A stretch of 64,000 nucleotides of DNA from the human T2T-CHM13v2.0 reference genome, Homo sapiens. Numbering within the stretch: the first letter of the stretch is position 1; the number at the start of each line of letters is the position of its first letter. The translations under genes and the position numbers were made by a program. The notes under the pieces are model-generated. The model was not told where the DNA came from and did not search any database. It worked only from the letters and a program-made list of their open reading frames with translations. Shown here in pieces: positions 49,201 through 64,000 of the stretch. The stretch lies in NCBI RefSeq assembly GCF_009914755.1, contig NC_060928.1, one strand, 5' to 3'.

Positions 49201-50818
49201 GGCTATAGTGAATAGTGCTGCAATAAACATGGAAGTGCAGCTGTCTCTTTGATATACTGATTTCCTCTATTTTGGATATATATCCAGCAGGGAGATTTCT
49301 GGATCATATGGTAGTTCTGTTTTTGTTTTTTGAGGAACTTCTATTCTGTTTTCTGTAGTGGCTGTACTAATTTACATTCCCACCAATGGTGTGTGAAGCA
49401 TTCTCCTTTCTCTGCATCCTTGCAACATCCATTATTTTTTGTTTTCTTGATAAAAGCCATTTTAACTGGGGTGAGATGCTTTATCATTGTAGTTTTGATT
49501 TTCTTTATCTTCTTGATAATTAGTAATGTTGAGCACTTTAAAATATACCTGTTGTCCAGTTGATGTCTTCTTTGGAGAAATGTCTATTAGATCTTTTGTC
49601 AGTTTTAAAATGGGATTATTTGTATTGTTTTTTTTTTTCTACTGAGTTGTTTGAGTTCCTTGTATATTCTAGTTATTAGTCCTTTTTTGGATGGATAGTT
49701 TGCAAATATTTTCTCCTATTCTGTAGGTTGTCTCTTCACTTTGTTGATTCCTTCATGTGCTGTGCAGAAACTTTTTTGCTTGATATAATCTCATTAGTCT
49801 ATTTTTGCTTTTGTTCCTTGTGCTTTTAGCATCTAACACAAAACATCTTTGCCTAGACCAATGGCCTAGAGTGTTTTCCCAATATTTTCTTCTAGTAATT
49901 TCATAGCTTTGGGTCCTAGTTTAAGTCTTTAGTCCATTTTGATTGGCTTTTTGTAGAGAGGGGTCTAGCTTCAGACTTTTGCATTATGGTTATCTAGTTT
50001 TCTTAGCCCCACTTATCGAAGTGACTGTCCTTTCTTCAATGTATGTTCTTGGTACCTTTGTCAAAAATGAATTGGCTGATAATGTGTAGATTTTTTTCTA
50101 AATTTTCTATTTTGTTCCATTGGTCTATGTGTCTGCTTTTACACCAGTACCATGCTACCTTGGTTACTATGGCTTTGTATTATATTTTGAAGTTGGGTAG
50201 TGTGATGCCTCCAGGTTTATTCTTTTTGCCCAGAATTAATTTGATTTTTCACGGCCTTTTGTGGTTCTGTATAAATTTTAGGATTTTTTTTCTATTTCTG
50301 TGAAGAAATTTTGATAGGGATGGAATTAAATCTGTAGAAGTTGCTGCATAGTATTGAGATTTTAACAATGTTAATTTTTCCAATCCATGAGCATGTGCTA
50401 TCATTCCCTTTCTTTCGTGTGACCTCTTTAATTTCTTTCATCTGTGTTTTTTAGTTTTCTTTGTAGAGATCTTTCACTTTGGTTACACTTATACCTAGAT
50501 ACTTTATGTATTTTTGTAGCTGTCTTGATTTCTTTTTCAGTGTGTTTGCTTTTGGCATATATAAATGCTACTGTTTTTTTGTATATTGATTTTGTATTGT
50601 GCAACTTTACTGAATTGACCCAGATTTTTGGTGGAGTCTTTAGATTTTTCTAAATATAATATCAGATCATCTGCAGGCAAGGATAATTTGACTTCTTCTT
50701 TTCCAGTGTGGATGCTCTTTCTCTTGCCTAATTGCTCTTGCTAGGACTTACAGTACTATGTTCAATTAAAGTGGTAAAGTGGACAACCTTGTGTTATTCC
50801 AGATCTTAGAGGAAAGGC

Positions 50819-52506
<1,688 letters not shown>

Positions 52507-54530
52507 TCTAGCTGAAGGTTTGTTGATTTTGTTTATCTTTTCAAAAAACCAACTTTTTCATTTCATTGATTTTTTGTACTTGTTTTAGTCTCAATTTTAT
52601 TTATTTCTGCCTTGATCTTTATTGTTTCTTTCTACTAATTTTGGGTTTGATTTGTTCTTTTCTAGTTCTTTTAAGTACATCGTTAGGTTGCTTATTTGAA
52701 ACCTACTTTTTTGATGTAGGCATTTATTGCTATAAAATTCTCTCTTAGTACTGCTATGCTGTATCTCATAGGTTTTGGAAAGTTACGTTTCCATTTGCAT
52801 TTGTTTGAAGACATTTTGAAGTTTTCTTCTTAATTTCTTTATTAATCTGTTGATCATTCAGGAGCATGTTGTTTAATTTCCACGTTTGTGTAGATTCCAA
52901 AATTCTTCATGTTATTGATTTCTATTTTTATTCTGTTGTAGCCAGAAAAGATACTTGATATGATTTTGACTTTTTTAAATTTGTTGAGACATGTTTTGTA
53001 GCCTAACATATGTTTTATCCTGGAGAATGTTCCATGTGCTAATGAGAAGAATGTGTATTCTGCAGTAGTAGGTGAAATGTTCTATAAATGTCACTAGGTC
53101 CAGTTGGTCTAGGTGTAGTTTAACTTCATTGTATCTTTGTTGATTTTCTGTCTGGATGATCTGTCCATTATTGAGAGATGGGTGTTGAAGCCCCCTGCTA
53201 TTATTTGTATTATAGTCTATCTCTCCTCTAGATTTATTAATGTTTACTTAATATATCTGGGTGCTCCAGAATTGGGTGCATATATTTTTAAATTGTTACA
53301 GCCTCTTGCTGAATTGATCCTTTCCTTTATCATCATACAGTGACCTTCCGTGTCCTTTTTTTTTTTTTTTTTACAGACTTTCACTTGTTCTATTTTGTTT
53401 GATACAAGTATGGCTACTTTTTTTTTTTTTTTTTTTTTTTTTTGCTTCCATTTGCGTGGAATGTCTTTTTCCATTCTTCACTTTCAGACTATGTGTGTCT
53501 TTATAGGTGATTTGAGTTTCTTGTAGGCAATATATAGTTGGATCTTGTTTCTAAAAGTTTTTCACTCAGCCATGCTTATATCTTTTGGTTGGAGAATTTA
53601 GTTCATTTACATTCAGTATTATTATTGATAGATAAGGACTTACTACGCAGTATGTCATTACTTGGTTTCTGGTTGTTTTGTAACTCCTCCCTTACTTCCT
53701 TCTTACTGCCTTTGTTTGTGATTAAGTGGTTTTTCTCTGGGAGTATGTTTTAATTCATTGCTTTTTATTTTTAGTGTATCTATCATAAGTCTTTGCTTTG
53801 TGGTTACCATGAGGCTTACCAAAGCCATAGCTGTAAGTTATTTTAAACATATGACAACTTAACTTTGATCACAAAGAAAAGGAAAGAATCAAGGGAAAAA
53901 CTAAAAAACTCTACACTTCAACTCCATCCTCCCACATTTTGACATTTTGTTGTCTTAATTTACATCTATTTATCTTCCCTATCTCTTAACAGGTTGCTGT
54001 TAATATTTTCAGTAGATTTGTCTTTTAGTCTTCATATTAGAGATATGAATGGATTACATGTAACAATTACTGCATTAGAGCATTCTGAATTTGTCTACTT
54101 TTACCAGTGAGTTTTATACCTTCAAACATTTTTGGTTTTGCACATCAAAGTTTGTTTTCTTTCAAATTAAAGAACTCCCTTTAGCATTTCTGAAAAGATG
54201 GGTCTAGTAGTGATGAATTCCCTTAGCTTTTGTCTAGGAAAGACTTTATATCTCCTTCCTGTTTGAAGGAAAACTTTGCTGGGTACAGCATAGTTGGTTG
54301 GCAGGTTTTGTTTTTGTTTCCATTTATCCTGTAGCACTTTGAATGTGTCACTTAACTCCCTCATGGCCTGTTTGGTTTCTGTTGAAAAGTCTCTTGCCAA
54401 AAAAATCAGAGCTCTTTTATATGTTCTTTTATTTTTTTTCTCTTGCTGTTTTAAGGATCTTCTCTTTGTCCTTGACATTTTCAGGTTTGATTATTATTTG
54501 CCTTGGGATACTCTTATTTGGATTGAATAT

Positions 54531-54898
54531 TGATATGGTTTGGCTTTGTGTTCCCACCCGTCTCATCTCGAATTGTAATTCCCATAATCCCCATGTGTCA
54601 AGGGAGGGACCTGGTAGGAGGTGATTGGATCATGGGGGCACTTATCCCATGCCGTTCTTGTGATAGTGAGTGAGTTCTCACAAGATCTGATGGTTTTATA
54701 AGTGTTTGACGGTTTCTCCTTCACACATACTCTCTCTCACCTGCTGCAGTGTAAGGGTGCCTGCTTCCCCTCCCACCACGATTGTAAGTTTCCTGAAGCC
54801 TCCCCAGCCATGTGGAACTGAGTCAATTAAACCACTTTCCCTCATAAATTACCCAGCCTCAGGTATTATTTATAGCAGAGTGAAAATGGACTAATAAA
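54531..54898 (+). mobile_element. Solo MaLR LTR (THE1D/MSTA-like)
   Basis: TGATATGGTTTGGCT start and GGACTAATA end; 5-bp TSD AATAT at 54526-54530 and 54899-54903. Confidence 0.88.
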
Positions 54899-56440
54899 AA
54901 TATATTTGGTAATTTCTGACCTTCTGTACCTAGATATTTATATCTTTCTTTAGATTTGGAATGTTTTCTGTTATTTCTTTGAATAAGCTTACTACTCCTT
55001 GCTCTTAACTCATCATTGAATGCCAGTGGCTCTTACATTTGTTCTTTTGAGATTATTCTTTATATCTTGCAGGTGTTCTTCATTCCTTTCTTTTTCTCCT
55101 CTGACTGTATTTTCCAATAGGCTGTATTTGAGCTCACTGATTGTTTCTTGCAATGTGAGAGCCTGTAATCCATTTTTCAGAAAACGTATTTCTGAGTTCC
55201 AGGATTTTTTTTTTTAATTTCAATCTCTTTGTGTTACATTTCTCTGATAAATTTAATTGCTTCTCTGTGTTATCTTGGATTTTGCTGAGTGTCTGTAGAA
55301 CTGTTATTTTGTTCTTGATCTGAGACCTCACACATTGCTTTTCTTCTCCCTGACTCCTTGCTTTGTGCATTTGGGGATGTCATAGTTCCGTGTTTGCTGT
55401 TGTTTCTCGTGGATGTACATTTGTGGCTTTGCTTTAAAGGATTTATTATTTATCCCAGTCTTTGCTGTCTTGCTTGTTTTGTCTTTCTAAGGTATGTTTT
55501 CTTAGAGATTCTTTGCAGTAGCGTGTGAGTTCCCTTAATACTATTGTATATCAGTGCCTCCTTTTGGGCACTAGATGGCGCCTTAAGCCCAAGTTTGCCT
55601 TGGCTCTCACAAACATTGGAGCACTGCCTGTCAGATGGTGGGGGTGGCAAAGGGGATTACCCCAACTGTGTGGTAAGGCTGGCAAACGGTTTGTACCCAG
55701 AAAACTCATGGATCATACCTCCTACAGTGTGGTCCTGCTGAACAGCCACTCTGATATGGCATCTCTTTTGGCTGAAATAAAGAGGAGAATTTCAGGGCTA
55801 GGGTTTCTGTTCCTGCTTCCCCTCTTTTTCTGCCTTCATGATTTTTTTTTCTCCCTGCTAGCCCTCATGATATTATACTTCTTATGGGTTGAGGCAGGAA
55901 CAGTTTTCCTGCAAGGGAACCCAAGATGGTGGGAAAGCTGGCTGTCCTCCTCCATCTAACTTTTTCCAATGAAGAAGCTGAGTCTGGGAGGAATTTTTCA
56001 TGCACAGGGCCTGGCAGATTGCAGAAAAGGCATCATGCAAAGAGAAGGCTATTTCTCTTACTGTTTGCTTGGAGTTTTTCAGTTCTCTGTGGCTCACGGG
56101 TACTATCAGCCTCAGATTTGAGTTCTGGGATATTGCTGATGATAAGCTTTGTGCTAGATATTTGTTTTTGGCTTTCTGTGGGAGAGTGAAGCCAGATTGC
56201 TTCTACTCTGCCATTTTGGTGACATCATTGTCTCAATAAAGTATTTTTAAATTAAGGTATGTACTTTTTTTAAGTCATAATGCTATTGCACACTTGGTAG
56301 AGTACAGTATAATGTAAATATAACTTTTATATTTACTGGGAAGCCAAAATATTCATGTGACTTGCTTTTTTGCAATATGTGCTGTTTTGTGGTGGTCTAG
56401 AATTGAACCAGCAATATCTCTGAGATATGCCCATATAATT

Positions 56441-56804
56441 CAGCTGTTCCTTGAATTATGATGTGGTTACATCCTGATGAACCCTTTGTAGCTTGAAAAT
56501 ATCATAAGTTGAAAATGCATTTAATACACCTAACCTACTGAACATCATGGCTCAGCCTAGCTTACCTTAAATGTGCTCAGAACACTTATATTAACCTATA
56601 GTTGGGCAAAATCTAGCACAAAGCCTATTTTATAATAAAATGTTGAATATCTTATGTAATTTATTGAATGCTTTGCTGAAACTGAAGAACAGAATGGTTG
56701 TATGGTACTTGAGCTATGGTTTTTACTGAATGCATATTGCTTTTGTACCATCATAAACCTGAAAAACCGTAAGTGAAACCATCTTTTAAGTTGAGGACCA
56801 GCTT
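56441..56804 (+). mobile_element. MER47A (TcMar-Tigger MITE)
   Basis: aaaatgcatttaatacacctaacctactgaacatcatggctcagcctagc matches the MER47A consensus as recalled. Confidence 0.8.
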
Positions 56805-56914
56805 TATACATTTTAACGTACCACAGTCTACTTTCAAATAATCTTATCCCACTTCATGTGTAGTATAAGCACCTTACAACATTAAATTTTCATTATTTCT
56901 CCCCATTTCTCTGT

Positions 56915-57226
56915 TTGTTTCTTTGTTTTTTTTTTTTAAATTAGAGACAGAGTCTCGATCTTTCACCCAGGATAGAGTGCAGTGGCAAAATCTCAGGTTA
57001 CTGCAGTCTCAAACTCCTGAACTTAAGCAGTCCTCCCACCTTAACCTCAAGTATCTGGGACTACAGGTGTGCACCACAATAGCTGGCTAATTTTTAAAAA
57101 AATTTTTGTTGCGACAAGATCTTGCTATGTAATTCAGGCTGGTCTTGAACTCCTGGGCTCAAGCAATTCTCCTGCCTTAGCCTCCCAAGGTGTTGGGATT
57201 ACCGTTATGAGTCACCACACCCAGTC
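56915..57226 (-). mobile_element. AluJ
   Basis: Diverged reverse dimer. Confidence 0.88.
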
Positions 57227-57689
57227 CCCCATTCTTTGTGCTATACTTTGTTATTATTTTTCTTTAGACAGTTATGTGTACATGTATATACACATACATA
57301 TATGTGCACATGTGCATACACACATACACACATATAGTTTGAGTAGATAGTTTAGCACATTAAATCCTTCATATATATCTATTAAAAACTTTCTAAATGC
57401 CATTGAGAATCTGGGAGATTTCTTTAGTAGGTTCGTAATAGATATTTGCCTGTTATTAATACACCCACACACAAACACATACACACACCTATAAAGTATC
57501 CTGCTCTGGTTCTCTGATGGTTTCAGATTTATGGCTTTTTAAATTGTTAGAATAATTTTTGACTCATCATAAATTTTTTTGCCCTGTTTTCTTTTTTTCC
57601 TTCTTCTGGGTTTCAAATTACATATATGTTAGACCATTTGATAATACCCATAGCTGTTGGATGCTCTGATCTGCTTTTTCTCCTACTCC

Positions 57690-58010
<321 letters not shown>

Positions 58011-58135
58011 TCTTACTCCTTTTAAATTGTATTTCACTTTGTGTAATTTTGATTGATTTATATTCAGGTTTCCTGATTCTTTCCTTAGCTGTTCTAGTGT
58101 GCTAAGAAGTCCATCAAAGAAGTATTCATTTCTGA

Positions 58136-58477
<342 letters not shown>

Positions 58478-58493
58478 TAAAAATAGTTTTCTT

Positions 58494-58849
<356 letters not shown>

Positions 58850-58852
58850 TTA

Positions 58853-59014
<162 letters not shown>

Positions 59015-59744
59015 TCATCTTTTACATTAGAGTCTTCAACATATTAATCATGGTTATTTTAAAGTTCATTTGTGATTATGCTAGTACTGAGTTATCTGTA
59101 AGTCTGGTTCTATTCATTGTCTCCTGAATTTTATTTTTTCTTTTTGTGTGTCTTATACATTTTGATTGAATTCTAGATTATTACTTCTAGACTTTTTTTT
59201 GTTGTTGAAATCTTGCCAAATCCCAGTCTGAATAAATCCAGCTTTCTATTATATTTGCTCCTAGTCTACTGAATGTTGCTAAAGTAAGTCCTAGGCTTAT
59301 TGATAGTAATATAGATTCATGTGCTGTAATTATAGTTAGAGCTTCGATGTTATCTGCATTTCTTTTACTAATCTAAGTATTCGATATTAATTTTATCTTC
59401 GTTCTTTCCTTTTGATTGAGGAATTCTTTATCTCTCATTGTTCCATCTTTTGAAAACTGTTTTCAAATTTCTATTTGTTAGTCTTCATTTTGATCTACCT
59501 CTTTGCTTCCTTCTGGCTCCCTGTGATAAGTATGCCAGTAAGGTATATTTATTCATTGTGGAGAATTTATTTAATGATAGCTACCACTTTTATATGCTTT
59601 CAATAAATGTTCCAGGCACTGTGCTCAACATTTTACATGCATTGTTTCTCTATGTCTTCTTTAGACAATAAGTTCTTTAATGTAAAGAACTTCTCAGTAC
59701 CTGTCATACTTTGCAGTCAATAAATAACTACATGAATGAAACTA

Positions 59745-61320
<1,576 letters not shown>

Positions 61321-61354
61321 ACACACAAAAACTCCTAAAATTCTTTTTTATTTC

Positions 61355-62816
<1,462 letters not shown>

Positions 62817-62882
62817 TTTAGATAAATGTTTTAGGAAGATAACTTTGGTGGCAGGATAGAGAAGGGACACTTGGAAAAACAA

Positions 62883-62938
62883 AGAGACTGGTTAATTCAA
62901 GTGAAAGAAGAGAGACTGGTTAATTCAAGTGAAAGAAG
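62883..62938. repeat. Perfect 28-bp tandem duplication
   Basis: AGAGACTGGTTAATTCAAGTGAAAGAAG x2. Confidence 0.95.
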
Positions 62939-63531
62939 AGGAAGGTCTAAATTTGAATTTAGGTCTATATTTGAATTTGAGTGCAGATGAGAAGGAAAAG
63001 ACAGATTTAGGAGATAGATCAAAAGTGGAATTGATTTAGAGAATTGCAGGTTCTGTCTTACTTTTGATGCCTTTAGAAAAAAAGAAAATTGCAGGTATGT
63101 CTTTGAGATAATGAAATTATTGCCCATCTTTGTGCCAGATTTTATCCCTAATCTCCATGTATTCAATTTACATCACTAACCTAAATTATTCAAGATAAGT
63201 TGAAAGTTTCCACATAATAAAAAACTAATCTAAATGAAATTAATAATGATTTGGAGGAGGAATGAGCTATTCAGTTATCTGCTTCTGCTTAAACTGTGTT
63301 AGCTTGAGAGTTTATGACCATGCTTTTTATCAGCTTCTGAATTTACATATGTGTATTGAACATAAATAGCACTATATGCAGATCTGTATGTCATTAATTT
63401 AGGAGAGTTTTAGGGACTACTGTCTTTTCCACTGCTTAGACCCCCAATAATGAAAAAAATAGTACAAATTGGTTCATATACTTGGTTCTTGATTTTTCAT
63501 TTTGAAGGCTTTTTTCCCCTTTCTCAAACAG

Positions 63532-63692
63532 CACTTCAAATGCTTCACCTTCAGAAGGCGCACCACTAGCAGGAAGTTATGGATGTACTCCTCATTCATT
63601 CCCAAAGTTCCAGCATCCTTCTCATGAACTTTTGAAGGAAAATGGCTTTACCCAACAAGTGTACCACAAGTATCGTCGAAGATGCCTAAGTG
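63532..63692 (+). CDS. LARP1B: LARP1B internal coding exon (161 nt, phase 2 to 1), start of DM15 region: TSNASPSEGAPLAGSYGCTPHSFPKFQHPSHELLKENGFTQQVYHKYRRRCLS
   Basis: Acceptor ttttcccctttctcaaacAG and donor GTAAGA at 63693. FQHPSHELLKENGF..Q.YHKYRRRCL is the conserved N-terminus of the DM15 domain. Confidence 0.96.
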
Positions 63693-63896
63693 GTAAGATG
63701 CTTGTCCTTTATCTATCTAATATATTTAAAATTAAAATATAATTCTAAAAAATTTAAATGTTGTCATTTAATATCAGGTTAAGATATTCTTTTATTGTTA
63801 GACTATACATAGTTTTACTTTAAACATGTTTACATATATTCTTTATTCATGTACTTTATAACTTAGACACATTAGGAAATAAAAATTAATATACTC

Positions 63897-64000
63897 GGCT
63901 GAGCATGGTGGCTCATGCCAGTAATCTCAGCACTTTGGGAGGCCGAGGCATGCAGATCACTTGAGGTCAGGAGTATGAGACCAGCCTGGCCAACATAGTG
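63897..64000 (+). mobile_element. Alu (runs off the window)
   Basis: ggctgagcatggtggctcatgccagtaatc... Confidence 0.9.

Overview
Human/hominoid genomic DNA: an AT-rich, repeat-dominated stretch of the + strand gene LARP1B (La-related protein 1B; human 4q28 from recall). I can splice five internal coding exons by hand with GT-AG boundaries and consistent phases: 26295-26418, a 36-nt micro-exon 40966-41001, 42525-42736, 43500-43606 and 63532-63692. They encode the S/T-P-rich linker and the start of the DM15 cap/TOP-binding region. The >26 kb intron at the left holds a full-length, sense-oriented processed pseudogene of FOSL1 (19444-20988) with poly(A) tail and target-site duplication (TSD). The rest is Alu, L1, L2/MIR, MaLR LTR and DNA-transposon debris, including a five-level nested stack at 44975-56900. 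Nearly all ORFs in the supplied track are spurious repeat ORFs. I see no evidence of a new multi-gene system. The best leads are: (i) the micro-exon appears exonised from an antisense L2; (ii) the FOSL1 retrocopy's stops isolate an intact leucine zipper with a damaged basic region; (iii) it brings a sense poly(A) signal and miRNA sites; (iv) two sense MaLR LTRs carry a DUX4-like motif and a splice donor; (v) a palindromic nuclear-receptor half-site cluster at 25295-25423; (vi) tailless and tiny retro-insertions. Repeat subfamily names and protein comparisons come from memory of consensus sequences, not from a search, and repeat boundaries are approximate.
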